Both the position numbers and the translations under genes were made by a program. A stretch of DNA of 64,000 nucleotides, taken from positions 121,281,290 to 121,345,289 of the forward strand of contig NC_068983.1 of NCBI RefSeq assembly GCF_001194135.2, read 5' to 3'. This document shows, piece by piece, positions 16,420 to 29,790 of this stretch (its first letter is position 1; every line of letters begins with the position of its first letter). The notes beneath the pieces are model-generated. The model searched no databases and was not told the DNA's origin. It saw nothing but the letters and a program-made list of their open reading frames with translations. This DNA is from Octopus bimaculoides (lineage: Eukaryota).

Positions 16420-16739
16420 GTCATGGGTAAGGATAAAATGCAAGTATTGTGTTTATGTGATTGACAAGCTGAAGTGAAAATAGTATCTAAAGTAAAACAT
16501 GAGCAAAACTGAACTAGTACTAAAATTATGTCTACCTTCTTGATATATATATATATATACATCATCATCATCATCATCATCATCGTTTAACGTCCGCTTT
16601 CCATGCTAGCATGGGTTGGACGATTTGACTGAGGACTGGTGAAACCGGATGGCAACACCAGGCTCCAGTCTGATTTGGCAGAGTTTCTACAGCTGGATGC
16701 CCTTCCTAATGCCAACCACTCAGAGAGTGTAACCACTCA

Positions 16740-17061
16740 TACTCTTTTACTTGTTTCAGTCATTTGACTACAGCCATGCTGGAGCACNNNNNNNNNNNNN
16801 NNNNNNNNNNNNNNNNNNNNNNNNNNNNNNNNNNNNNNNNNNNNNNNNNNNNNNNNNNNNNNNNNNNNNNNNNNNNNNNNNNNNNNNNNNNNNNNNNNNN
16901 NNNNNNNNNNNNNNNNNNNNNNNNNNNNNNNNNNNNNNNNNNNNNNNNNNNNNNNNNNNNNNNNNGGTTTCTTTTGCTGAACCGCTAAGTTTCGGGGACG
17001 TAAACACACCAGCATCGGTTGTCAAGCGATGGAGGGGGGACAAACACAGACATACAAACCC

Positions 17062-17108
<47 letters not shown>

Positions 17109-17272
17109 TACGACGGGCTTCTTTCAGTTTCCGCCTACCAAATCCACTCACAAGGCATTGGTCGGCCCGAGGCTATAGTAGGAGACACTTGCCCAAGGTG
17201 CTATGCAGTGGGACTGAACCCGGAACCATGTGGTTGGTAAGCAAGCTACTTACCACACAGCCACTCCTGCGC
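16740..17272 (-). mobile_element. SINE family B (spans an N gap)
   Basis: Head at 17272, (TA)n at ~17069-17110 and tail at 16740. Further partial or older copies at 8464-8560 (+), 15345-15505 (-), 46620-46720 (-), 51038-51430 (+) and 62030-62170 (+). Confidence 0.88.
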
Positions 17273-17975
17273 ATATATGAGATATATTATGAAATGTAAA
17301 TGAACAAAGCGCTTGGACTAGGGTTTTGTCACCAGGCTCTCCACTTTTAAAGATGTAATTATACAGTCTTCTGAAATATGAAAAATTCAAAATCCCAAAC
17401 ACTTCCACTTCCAAGGATTATTGACTGTAATTTGAAACAACCACATTGGAGATTGGAATGACTGATTCACAGAAGACTGATGTTAGTTAAATGGAAACTC
17501 AGAAGTTTTTAGATGTATCATTCAAGTAAACTTCCTTATTTACCAGATGCTAACAAAACAATTTAACTGTATATAGTTTCTTTCTCTCCCACCCCACTTG
17601 GCACAAATCTGACAGAGAATTAGGACTTCAGATAAGATAAATATCAAAGAGCAGTTTGCAGTAGAAGTACCTATGAAATGAAGTCCATGAACCATTCAGC
17701 TGACTCACTAAATGTAATCAATAACTACTATTATCTGAATAGTACTGGAGGACATTGTAATGAAAATATAGTTATTAGAAGTAAAAGTAATTCAGAAAGT
17801 CATTATCTCTGTTGAAAGTAAATGGTTTCTCCCAACATGCAAAAAGTAGATTGCAAGGAACATGTTTAAGAAGTGTGATTCGGCATGGTAGTGAAATATG
17901 GACAGATCTGTGAGGACTGTGGAGAAAAATGAGTCAGGTATGAATGTGACCTGTTAACTTCTTTAGAATCTAGAA

Positions 17976-18535
17976 CTGTGGTTCTCAACCGTTTTTAACC
18001 TATGGACCTGTTCATTACTATTTTACGCTAATGAACCCCCCACCCCTTGCCATTTGATGTTTAAAAACTAGTTTTAAAGACACTTCTATCAACATTTCTA
18101 TTTTACTTTCCACACATTAACTTGTATAGGTTGAATTATATAAAACATTTGAGAAAGAAATCTAGCTGTTTCTTGCATTAAACACTCTTAAAGCAGTGTT
18201 TCTCAATCATTTTTGCCAATTTGATTTCTATTTAACTCTACCAGGCCTCCATAGTCATTTGGTATTTTAAAAAGTCCTAATATATTTTTACAATTAGATA
18301 TTATTAGAAATTGTATTAAAGAATATTAAAATATCTTTTGTACTGCAGAAGTATAACTAATTTATTGCACATAAATTTTAACAAGAAATCTTATATAAAC
18401 CCCTGTTGAGAACCGTTGATCTAAAGGAGAAATTTTTTCATGGACCCTTAATATACTATTGTGGGTTCCCAGTTTACTATTTTCCTTGTGTGTATCCACA
18501 AAACTTTTATACAGACCCCGGTTGAGAACCACTTG
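17976..18535. mobile_element. Composite or nested hAT (Charlie-like) MITE remnants
   Basis: Two left ends (ctgtggttctcaacc at 17976, cagtgtttctcaa at 18194) and two right ends (gttgagaacc at 18405 and 18521). Confidence 0.65.
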
Positions 18536-19489
18536 ATTTAGAGCATAAAGGTGTTGAGAAACTAGCTGGATACCAATGGTACCAGTTAATATGTATAGAA
18601 GAGTTGACTTTGCTGGCAAGGACATCTGATGAGAAAGTATAATGAGTGTTGGATGTAAAAGTTCTGTGTTCTGAAAATAGAAGTTTCTTTGACATAGAAA
18701 TATCAAAGAAATCATGGCAGAAAATGATGAGGTTAAATCATAGGAAATTAAGTGTCCAGATCAATACCAGTGCGGAATGCTGTACAATAGACCTGTTCAA
18801 CTCATGCCAGCATGGAAAATCTACATATAAAGAACAATGAGATACTCTCAATAATTAAAACCTCATAAAGTAGTAGAAAGATAACAAGGGTCTATTATAC
18901 AGAAAAGTCCGGAAAAACATTGATTTCAAATTTTGGCACAAGGATAGCAATTTGAAGGGAGGGGGTTAGTCAATTACATTGACCCCAGTGTTCAACTGGT
19001 ACTTCTTTTATCAACCCTGAAATGATGAAAGGCAAAGTCAATGTCAGTGAAATTTGGATTCAGAATGTAAAGATGGATGAAATACCACTAAGCATTTTTG
19101 CCTGGCATGCTAACAATTCTGCAAGCTTCTTGCCTTAGTTTGAAAAAATATTAGTTCAAAAAATCTCATACACTGTTTGAAAATTTCAGGTACTTGGCAA
19201 AACAAAAAAGAGAGAGAAAAAGATTAAAATAAAATAATCTAAACATGAATGTTGTAAAAATATGTCAACCAAATTCAGTGAAATCCTTAATAATAGCCAA
19301 ATTCCAGGTGATGGCTACATATCAGATGTGAAGATATGAAAAAACAGGCTTTAAATAATGTTGACATATTTTCTCTTAGAAGACATAACTGGTCACTCAT
19401 TAATAATTGCTCCAGCATAAACAAATACATTGAGAAAGTTTAATGTTGCAGGACTTTTTAAGAAAAAAAAGCAATATAAAAAGTAAAGA

Positions 19490-19822
19490 CCCCCTTTGGT
19501 CATGAATGGCCATGGGATTGCACCTAGAAAGTTACCCTCCTAGGTACAAGTTCAGGCAAGGTTGTTTATGGAAGACCAGCTGTACCCATGCATACCTGCC
19601 TCCCCTCTCCATGCCACTGATGTTATCCAAGGGAAAGGCAAAGGAGCCGATACAGCTTGGCACGAGTGATGTCGCAACTCATTTCTACAGCTGAGTGAAC
19701 TGAAGCAATGTGAAATAAAGTGTCTTGCTCAAGAACAGAGCACACAGCCCAGTCCAGGACATCAAAATCACAATCTCACAACTGTAAGCCCGATCCTCGA
19801 ACCACTGAGCCACAAACCTTCG
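19490..19822 (-). mobile_element. tRNA-headed SINE sharing the family-A-like head but with a different body
   Basis: gaaggtttgtggctcagtggttcgagg head, cttgagcaagacactttatttcacattgc box, and a distinct 3' part ending in a T-rich tail. Confidence 0.7.
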
Positions 19823-19957
19823 CTAATATATGATTAATTAAATCTATAAAAAAAAGATGTGGGTGTACGTACATATGAATCTGAGGTTATACACAAAGTA
19901 CAGAGAATGAGCACACATACATAAATATATACACACACACTAAAAATGTATGCTGAC

Positions 19958-20480
19958 TTAACCCTTTAGAATTCAGATTACTATGTCAAATGTAATGCTT
20001 TTTCATTAACAATCATCATCATCATCATCATCATCGTTTAACGTCTGCTTTCCATGCTAGCATGGGTTGGACGATTTGACTGAGGACTGGTGAAACCGGA
20101 TGGCAACACCAGGCTCCAATCTGATTTGGCAGAGTTTCTACAGCTGGATGCCCTTCCAAACGCCAACCACTCCGAGAGTGTAGTGGGTGCTTTTACGTGT
20201 CACTGGCACGAAGGCCAGTCGGGTGGTACTGGCAATGGCCATGCTCAAAATGGAGTATTTTATGTGCCACCCGCACAAGAGCCAGTCCAGGGGCACTGGC
20301 AACGGTCTTGCTCAAAAGTCCTTATGCATTATCTCATAGTTTCAATATTTCAGTAATGTGATTACTTTATTTTTAGAATGACATTGTAGGGTAGATGTAA
20401 GAGGCCAGATCTGGCTGGTTTGAACATAAAACAGAGAATATTTGGGCCAGATATGGCTAATTTAAATGCTAAAAGGTTGA
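19958..20480. mobile_element. TTAA-flanked (piggyBac-like) MITE
   Basis: ttaaccctttag...ctaaaaggttga termini. Related ends at 6975-7202; a second TTAA family occurs at 2646-2873, 7215-7392, 25657-25887 and 43300-43525. Confidence 0.65.
20013..20320 (-). mobile_element. Family C repeat ((GAT)n-tailed SINE or LINE 3' UTR), nested in a TTAA MITE
   Basis: ...AGGAAGGGCATCCAGCTGTAGAAACTCTGCC...GCATGGAAAGCGGACGTTAAACGATGATG-like. Other copies at 16559-16730 (-), 39716-39805 (+), 39812-39947 (-), 62426-62590 (+) and 62626-62858 (+). Confidence 0.88.
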
Positions 20481-22599
20481 TATATTTAAAAGTACTTCCT
20501 TAATTGAAACATGGGACAAATTTAATTAAAATATACATATTATAAAAAGAAATGATTTTAAACATTTTTATTATCAATAAATATTGTATAACTTTTAATA
20601 CACTTTAGAAAATATGTTTACTTTGGCTGCATATTTTGATACATTTACATGTACCAACAAAAAATAAAATTTCAGTGATCCATGTTTTACAAGTTTTTAA
20701 GGAATGAGCAGGATAGGCTTTTATTATAATCTCAGTTGTGGAAAACCTTTTGTTCCTGAAAATCAATTTGACCATTTAACTGCCAGTGTAGTAAACAGAT
20801 GAATTCAATATACAAAGATTGTGCAAAATGAAAAAAAACATTTTTTTTTTTTTTCCATATACTGCAAGTGATAAGAAAAAATAATCTTTTTTAATTTAGA
20901 CACAAGGCCTGAAATTTGGGAAGAGGGGGCTAGCCAATTACATCAACGCCCCCACCCCTCATGCTTAATTGGTTCTTATTTTATCAACCACAAAAGGATG
21001 AAAGGCAAAGTTCACCTTGGCAGAATTTGAGCTCAGAATGTAAGAATGGACGAAATGCCGTGAAACATTTTGTTTGACATACCAATGATTCTGCCAGCTC
21101 ACCATCTTGATAAGTAACAAATAATAATGGTTTCTAACATAGGCAGAAGGCCACACATTTGGAGTAAAGGTGAAGGCACTTAAACCTTGACTGGTACTTA
21201 TTTTACCAATCACCTAAGAAAGAAGGAAAGGTAACTTTATCGGGATACCACAAGGTCATTAGCTTTAAGGAAGGGGATAGTCGAATGATTTGACCCTAGT
21301 TGGTGGCTGGTTTTCCTTTTATCAACCCCAAACAAAAGACAAAGTTAACCCCTGTCCACTGAATTTTAGCATCATTTCCAAATTGTTATAAGTAAAGTAT
21401 TTCCCAGAATTATTACAAACCATAGGAGCACATGCTTTGGTCCAGTTTCAGATGAGATTCGATACTGGCATAGAACAAGATAGCCTTTTATACCTGAGTT
21501 ATATATCAGCATAGCAAATCAACAAAATATATATTTTCAATTCCACAATATACACAGTGCTGAAGCTACAAGGACCCAGCTGTTGAGAGTTTAGTATTTG
21601 GCTAAAATCGGGCAGAGTGAGGAACACAAATCAAATGAAAATATAAGCTATTAGACTGAAAGTTGAGGGGACATTTCCTGTCATTGATGTAGTATTTAAT
21701 CACCAGCAAAGATACCCCAACACCCAACTGATCTAGTTTAATTAGATGTAAATAGATATCCTGCAAAAGAGAAACAGTTCATTAGTCTGCAGAAAGCTAA
21801 AACTGGAACATTACAACATGATTCTACTCCAGTGTTTCTTCTCTTGAATCATGTCCCCAATGAGCCACATTCAATCAACTCACTAGCATGAAATTACTGA
21901 ACAGTCCAATGGTGAGTCTAAGTTCTCTTCATATGGCTACAGTTGACAAATTACATTTTGAATCTATCATGTTTTTCTTTTCCATTTAATTCTAATTATC
22001 TTACACCAAACTTATTGATTTTCTTGGTTTTTAACTTAAATTATTTACCCCATTCTTCTATTACTACCATCTTTAACTTAAATCTTAGGCACAATAGTTA
22101 TACATACACCACTTTTTAATGTTCTTCCACATCACCAGCCACCCATTTGTTAGCTAACCTTCAGCTGCTCATTAGTTTGTAAATATTAATCTTCGTTCTT
22201 GATAAGTTACCTTAACCCTACCCCTAAACATTCAGGCATAATTGTGTGGTTCAGAAGTTTGCTTCAAAACCGAGTTAACAGAATAGTTCTAAGCTTGATC
22301 CCACTGCACAACTCGTTCATCATTGCCTTGAATTAACTACTGAGAGTTTTGAGTTAAATTTGGCAGATGGAAACTGTGCAAAAACCCATTATACATGTTT
22401 GTGTATACCTGTGAGAAAACCAATAAACTAGTGTGTTCACCCAAATTGGAGAGATGCTCTCAACCATTAAAACCCTATGGCACTAACTGACTGAAGCTCC
22501 ACCAGTTATATACTATCCCTGGTAGCAAATGGTATACAATATTAGGAAGAAAAATCCCACTCACCATTTCAAATTGGGTGGATTTTACCCGCCATCAGA

Positions 22600-23960
22600 A
22601 CTCCTGAAAGATGACCATCCATAAAACAAAAGACAACCTTACATATTGATACCCTGTAAGCTATCCTGTCTCTTAAAGTGCAACTAGCCTTTTTTTTTTT
22701 TTATCTCTTCCAAGGTTTCCACCAACTATTCAGAATCCTTCCACCCACTACTCCTTAACCATGATGGCTCCATAAGCAATACTCCTAAAGAGAAAGCTTC
22801 TATGTCTGCATCCAGTTCAACATTGTACACACTAAGTAAAACTCCACCAAACTTTTCTTCACTCCACCATGTGGAAACACCTTAATTCACTCTAAACCAA
22901 GAATCCTGTCCATTGTCCTCAGTGTTTCCTACACTTATCCTGTACTTTCATGAAATTTTTCAATCTTTCTCTCTCTCTTAAAGAATTCTGCCCTGATCTT
23001 TGGAATCATGCCTCAGTGTAACATCCTCAGAAGTCAGTGCTGGCTCTTGACCTATCACTTTTACTTGCAGCATCTCAAAAATGATGGAAACAATCATTAA
23101 CAATCACCTTTACACCTTCAATTTTTCTCTCTCTTCAATTACAACTGGTATGGCGTGCATAGAGCCAACTCTATTGGAGAATTTCTTTCCTAAATCACTC
23201 ACCAGTGGTCCTATCCTTTGTTCTTGAGAAATTGAGTAAAACAATGTCACAGCACTTTATGAAATATGTCTAGCACGAAAGTCTCTGGCTAAATTGTCTG
23301 TCTTTTATCTTTTGAGTAAGAAGTTCCTTGTGAGATCATTTCTGCTGGTGAGAGTTTCCTTGAACCACACTCTTATCAACTCTGGTTCAGTTCATTTATG
23401 CTACCCAAATTTTTCCACCTATACATAAACAAACTATTCAATATAACACCTCAAATAATCCTGCTCCCTCCAACACTTTTCACTTTGCCTTTGCTTTCCA
23501 CATACTCACGTCATTCAAATGCAACCTATAAACTTCAGATCTTAAACAGAGACCTTGAAAATATTATCTAATAGCAGAATACATATTCAATTTGTCTTCT
23601 TCAACAGAAGAAAGACAGAATCATTGATCTTACCAAAGGAAACAATGGACCTCATTTTCCCTAGTCCTGGACAACATGCAATAAAAACTTTCAAAGTTTC
23701 TATTAATGGTAAACCTCACAACTTCTGATGATCTCAAGGAGGTAACTGTATATTCACGACATAACCTACCATGTTCACCCATTTTTCTGTTCCTCTTGTC
23801 GTTCATACTTTGTCTCCCCCCATCTGTCATGTCCTATTCTACTAACTATGCCATTTACTTCACAAGAAGAGTGTCTCTAACCAAGAAGCTCTGGATTTCT
23901 CTTCCAGCCTTCATTTTTTCTACAAACATAAACCTCATCAGTTTTACCAGTCCTGGAAGA
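22600..23960 (+). mobile_element. Highly decayed CR1/Jockey-group LINE 3' portion
   Basis: LNRDLENII at ~23543 and KLWISLPAFIFSTNINL (LWNSLP-like) near 23885. The cttaaacagagaccttga motif is shared with the copy at 57780. Confidence 0.55.
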
Positions 23961-25012
23961 CCTACAGAGGTCATAATCATAGTGCTCTACCTCCTGACTA
24001 AACCACATAAATAAATAAAGAAAAACCAACTTGAATGTGAAATTTTTTATGATATTATAATGCAGCAATGATTAACTTGATATTTCTTACTTTGTATGAA
24101 GAAATAGTAACAGGTTATGAAACACACACTATAATAATAAAAAAAAGACCATTATAAAAGAAATATAAGAGGAAGAGCCTCCAGAGTAACAAATGGGAAG
24201 TACGAAAGTATTTGAGTAGCATCTACTTTTTCCATACTGAAGGAAGTGGAGGATATTCAGAGCCAAAATTTGGTAGATTATCTTACCACATGATATTTTT
24301 ATTATTTTAGTTTGGAAGGAGAGGAACAGCACCGATGACATTTATTTTGAGGTTCTCTGCAACAATGTCATTGATGGGTAGCGAAAGGTAAGAGGATTCT
24401 TAATTTGACTCATTATTCTGGTTAAATACTGATGCAACTTTGTATAATACTCAAGAAGATAGCATTTTACCACCCAGCGAAAGTATCTCTTTTCCAGCAT
24501 GGTACTTTTATTATAGCACCTCTAACCACGATTTTACCTTTCTTCCTAGCAATACTATTTCTATTCAAGCTACATATACATCTAACTTAATGAGAGTACA
24601 TATTTTCAAGTACAACTCGTTGGAGTAGATCTACATCTAGTTTAGTAAGCTTACAAATTGCAATGCAACCAACTTAATAGCGGTGACTCTCACATAGAAA
24701 AGAGAAGACCTTATGACTGAAACAAATACAACACTGTTACTCATTTTAGGTTGTTTGTTATGACAAATTCATCTGCTTTTGTTTCTCATCTGTCAGAAAT
24801 ATCTAAGTAAGCTACTTGATATGCAACATTTTAATCTTTTCTGAAGGTTAAGCTTTTATCTCCATTAAACTGCTTGACTCCTGATGACTACAGCTATCTT
24901 GATAAGGAAGTTCTTAGGCAGCTAGAACCTTGAACCCTTTTATCTTACAAATCATTCCTCTAAAATTATATACTGTCAATCAAAGATGATCAGGGAAAAA
25001 ATTATATCAACA

Positions 25013-25348
25013 TTTGAAATAGGAGTTTTATTTCTATGCACATTACAACTGCATAGATTGGTCATTACAGTAACTCTGGTGACATGGTCATATCTACTGA
25101 CCAAATCAGTCATTACAATAACTTTACTCACATGGACATTACTAATGTTTAGGTTTGTCATTACAGCAACTTTACTCATATGTACATTAATAGTGCCAAA
25201 ATTTGCCTATATTGCAATTATGCTCATGTACTCCTCACTATTGCCTAGATTTGTTATTGCTGCAACTGTGGGGATTTGGAAGTTACTACTGCCTAGATCT
25301 ATCACTAGAGCCACTCTGTTCATCTGGATATTATTACTGGTCAGGAGT
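25013..25348. repeat. Degenerate 48-bp tandem repeat, 6 clear units plus 1 weak unit, no indels
   Basis: Units start at 25013 (weak), 25061, 25109, 25157, 25205, 25253 and 25301; three begin gtcattaca. Confidence 0.85.
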
Positions 25349-26672
25349 AGCATGACTTGAAGACACCTCTTATGACTTTATTGCCAACATCTAAAACTGT
25401 TCTCAAGTTTGGATAATTTCTCATACCATAATGAAACGTGAGTACTGATGTTTTAAGCAAAGCTCATCTTTGGAGAGAAAATTTAAATGTTTAGCAGATA
25501 TTTAAATGAGCAGATAGGCTTAAGGAATGTGAAAAACAGAAAAGAAAAAGTTTCCACTTTACATTTGGACAGTATTAACATAGTAACCATATTTCAATGA
25601 AGTACTGTTGCTTTAACTGAATAGACATCACATGGTTTTGAACTTAAAACCTTTCTTTAACTCTTTTGTTACCATATTTGTGTTGTATACATTATCTTTG
25701 TTTCAATTAATTTTAAAAATAATGAAGAATTTAGTAAAATAATTTTATAATTATCAAGCTGGTGTTTGGAAAATAAATTAACTTGAAACATTGATGGTAT
25801 GTTTTAATACAAATCACTTTGAAATATATAATGCTTGTATCATAGAACTAGAGGTGGTTTCAGGCATGTTCATATCAAAAGGGCTAATCAAAAGTCTAAA
25901 ATCCCTGAAAATAAGTTCATAATCAACATCTGAAAATCATTATGACCGTTAGCAGATAAAATACGTTTTATGAAAAAATAAGCCATGTTTAAACTGAAAA
26001 ATTGGGTGTCACAGAAGTGGGTTTTAAAGTGATTTAAGTTGTAAACTAATGGTAATCAGATAGAACAGCTAGCTTTAACATGTCATAATGGTTGGTTTCT
26101 ATCTCTTTGTGAATTGCTTTTTGAATATAGTAGAAAAAAAATAATAATATTAATTGATATAAGGAAACAGCTAAAATATAAGAGAACTGCATATTTTGTT
26201 TCTTACTGAATAAGATAACAATACGATAAAAAAGTAAAATTACCTTAAAACTGAATAGATGAGATAAATATCTGAAGGAAGAATCAAAAAGAGGGTGTGG
26301 GGTAATGCTATTGATAGTTAATAAATAATAGTATTAAGTTAATAAATACCTTTTCAGGTGTCGATTTTGAGATTAATTACTTTTTCATGATGATTGTATA
26401 ATTTATAAGATTTTTTTTTTGTCCGCTGTTATAATGAGATGAGTTTTGTTACAATATGTCAACAAATTCACACAAAAATGTATTCTCCTTCTCCAAATTT
26501 ATTTGCTGCCAGTCTTGATTATATAGAATTTTGTTCCTCACAGTTGTGTTGATAGAACATAAGCTATTACTACAAGATGACAGTAAGAAATAGTAAAATC
26601 AACAACCTCTGAAGATAGCATACCCTGAAACATCCCAAAATATCAGGAAGAATTATCTTTAAACTATCTCCA

Positions 26673-26750
<78 letters not shown>

Positions 26751-26920
26751 AATATATATTTAAAATACAAAACTTCATTAAAAATAGTGTATTTCAATGA
26801 GAATAATCTGAAAAGTTTAAACTGTATCTTAAAAAAGATACAATGTATTTGCAGATATTTAAGAATTTAACTGAATTGTTTATATATGTTACTGCAATGG
26901 CATGAAAGGGAGGAAATATC

Positions 26921-26926
26921 TTTATT
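26921..26926 (-). terminator. Candidate polyadenylation signal for the kinase mRNA
   Basis: AATAAA on the minus strand about 220 nt after the stop codon. Other AATAAA hexamers occur further downstream, so this one is not unique. Confidence 0.25.
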
Positions 26927-27145
26927 TGAAATATCTTCAGTTAGGGTTAAATGCTTTTAATGTAAATCTTTTACCAGCAGTTCCATCTGTTGTAGACATG
27001 AGATTGATGGAGTGTAAATAGGGACTGTACAATAATATTCAATGAGAAATGACTACGAATCAATAGAGAAGGAAAAGAAAGTCATTTCTTCACCATTATA
27101 ATTTAAATATAAATAAAATAACAAACAATGACACAAAGAGATTTC

Positions 27146-27271
27146 TTAAAAGTCTGTAAACAGTGCAACATCCTCTGGTGTAGCTTCCTCTACAAATTTT
27201 GTGTCTTCATCTGGATATTCTTCAAAGTTATTCGTATCACCGGCATGACTAATCTTAGGGACAATGGGAGG
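27146..27271 (-). CDS. PRKX: PRKX-like kinase last coding exon (AGC C-tail), 126 nt including the stop
   Basis: PPIVPKISHAGDTNNFEEYPDEDTKFVEEATPEDVALFTDF*. Contains the PxxP motif, NFxxY and the terminal FxxF hydrophobic motif typical of PKA-family kinases; acceptor cttctttttcag. Confidence 0.96.
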   Translation of the reverse strand, partial: PPIVPKISHAGDTNNFEEYPDEDTKFVEEATPEDVALFTDF

Positions 27272-28085
27272 CTGAAAAAGAAGAAAACAAAGCATGATAT
27301 TGAAGGTAAATTCATATTCGTGTTGCAACAGTAACACAAACATAAATTTGTCGAAAGAAAATCTGATGAGTATTACAAATTTGACAATGTCCACTTTTGT
27401 CTTTCCTAATACATTTATTATTTTTCCCCCTATGCAAAATCATACCAAACTTATTTAACTACCCTGTCATGATAATAATGATAATAATGATAATATACAT
27501 ACACACACACACATATATATATATATATCTCAAACAGGTCACTTCCTCTCACACATTCTAGTTCGTTGTCATTCAGTGCAATGTGACTTCAAAAAAAAAT
27601 TACTTCGCTCTTTCATTTTCTCTTTCACATTAACTCACATTTGTTTGCCTGTCTTCCTGTATCTTTCATGTCACCCCCTCCCCTTCACACATGCACATAT
27701 ACCTACCTATATATATATATATATATATGCAAACACATGCGATTTATGCAGTCATTAAGTACTTTAGTTAACAATTCCATACACTACCAGTCAACTAGGG
27801 AAGGGGTTTTGTGTTATCTTTGATCCTCCAGAAACAGCAAACATCAAACTACACGTTCAAGTTAAGTGTGTGAAGATATATCTATTTCTTGCATGCATAC
27901 ATACATACACACACATACACATACATACATACATCCATACATACATACATATTAGGATATAATATTTCTCACTTTTCATTATTATATTTTCCTGCAAGCT
28001 GAGGTTTAACCCATAGCTGATATAAAATTTTAGTGAACCAAGGTGCATAATTATAAATCATAACAAATAAATAAGCGTATGTCCA

Positions 28086-28138
<53 letters not shown>

Positions 28139-28208
28139 ACGAGCATGTATTTGCTAATGTTTGTATGTACATTACAAAATATTTAAATAAAAAAAAACAT
28201 CCTTATAC

Positions 28209-28286
28209 CTTCAGTTTTCTTTCCCTTACATCAGTCCATTTAATACCTTTAAACCACCGGTGGTTTTTCACATCCTCTGCACCAGA
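28209..28286 (-). CDS. PRKX: PRKX-like kinase exon (alphaI), 78 nt; not in the supplied ORF track
   Basis: Manual translation gives SGAEDVKNHRWFKGIKWTDVRERKLK. Acceptor cattt-cag, donor gtataa; phase 0/0. Confidence 0.95.
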
Positions 28287-28489
28287 CTGAAATGAAAGCA
28301 ATGAAATATCAGTAGAAGGAATTTGTTTTTTACAAAAACATGAAAAATGCAAAATAAAAAAAGAATGATAACAGTGAACTTATTGTTTACAATGCTCAGG
28401 TGCACTACTACTCATCAGAAAAATGTAACTAAAAGTACATGAACAGAACACAGAATATGCATGGGAAGTGAACAGTGAACAAGTTATTT

Positions 28490-29790
28490 AGAAAAAAAAA
28501 AGTGGATGGGGCATCAGGTATACTGTTGGCAAATTTAAGGAAGCATGGAAGTTTTGAAGGCTGTAATGACCCAAAAGCTAACGACTGATGCAGGTACTTT
28601 ATTCCATACTTCAGCAATTCCAAGCATGAAAAAAATGTTTCCAAAGGTCATGGATGCTGTGTTGTTTTTTGATTTTGTAAGCATGTCCACAAGCATTAGA
28701 CAAGTAGAATTCAAAAGGTACTCAACGTTGAAGTTGGAGAGATGGTAGATAATCTTGTGGATGTCTACCAAGTCAGTTGCCAGATGTGTCCATGCCCAGG
28801 GAGGCAAGACATTCAGAGTATGGTAGATGCCTGATGGTCTGAACAGTTTCTAGAAGATTGATACGCTGAGCACGATAGAAGTTTCAGACTGGTGATGCAA
28901 ACTCTAAGTGTGGATGCACCATAGCCATATATAGCTTTAAATAGACAGCTGGAGAGCAGCTGACAAAGGTTTTACTGATTAATGCTAAAACACCCTCAAC
29001 GTTCTTGACAATTTTAGAGATGTGGTTTGTCTAACACAAATTACTTAACAATAATACATAGATCACATCACTAGCAGACTTCTCAAGGAGGTGTTGTAGA
29101 GGAAGCATGTAAAAGCTGGGTTTTCCTCCCAAAATGCATGGTGGTATACTTGTCCGCAGCCAGCTTGAGTTGCCAATCAGTAATCCATTGCTGCATTGTG
29201 TCCAGATCTGATTGCAAGAAAGATCTACAGCATATAGGAACTGTTCTTTTTATCTCAAAGTACAGCTTGATATCATTTGCATATTTCAATACTGTGAATT
29301 TCTTCAAATTGGCATCCAAGTCATTATGTTGTTGGCTCTCTGTTGCTTACGACGTCGAGGGTTCCAGTTGATCTGATCAACGGAACAGGCTGCTCGTGAA
29401 ATTAACGTGCAAGTGGCTGAGCACTCCACAGACACGTGTACCCTTAACGTAGTTCTCGGGGATATTCAGCGTGACACAGTGTGACATGGCTGACCCTTTG
29501 AATTACAGGCACAACAGAAACAGGAAGAAAGAGTGAGAGAAAGTTGTGGTGAAAGAGTACAGCAGGGTTCGCCACCATCCCCTGCCCGAGCCTCGTGGAG
29601 CTTTAGGTGTTTTCGCTCAATAAACACTCACAACGCCCGGTTTGGGAATTGAAATCGCGATCCTATGACAGCGAGTCCGCTGCCCTAACCACTGGGCCAT
29701 TGCGCCTCCACCATGTCATTAATATATGCAACAAACAACAGGGGTTCAAGAATGGATCCCTGTAGTAGACCAGATGTTATCTAATAAGAA
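28490..29790 (-). mobile_element. CR1/L2-type LINE, 5'-truncated RT and 3' end, interrupted by a SINE
   Basis: SGLLQGSILEPLLFVAYINDM, then the SINE, then LKYANDIKLYF...LQSDLDTMQQWITDWQLKL...MHFG, then VWNKVPASVV. Confidence 0.85.
29327..29710 (-). mobile_element. tRNA-headed SINE, family A (~385 bp, (AAC)n tail)
   Basis: Head GGAGGCGCAATGGCCCAGTGGTTAGGGCAGCGGACTC with A/B-box-like motifs; TSD cca(a/t)gtcatta at 29316-29326 and 29711-29721. Confidence 0.93.

Noticed and set aside
3756-17299. Long ORFs at 3756-4361, 8164-9177 and 16737-17299
   Set aside because: They are open only because of N runs translated as X.
24311-24387. Plus-strand exon-like segment (ttttag...AAG|gtaaga)
   Set aside because: The best-looking frame contains a TAG, no partner exons were found, and the peptide is unrecognisable.
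24986-25360. 124-aa hydrophobic plus-strand ORF as a multi-pass membrane protein
   Set aside because: Its hydrophobicity is the expected antisense shadow of the purine-first minus frame. It is kept only as the alternative reading in the 48-nt repeat finding.
29640-29710. tRNA-like sequences at SINE heads
   Set aside because: They are embedded in ~400-bp TSD-flanked repeats and lack a proper acceptor stem, so they are not tRNA genes.
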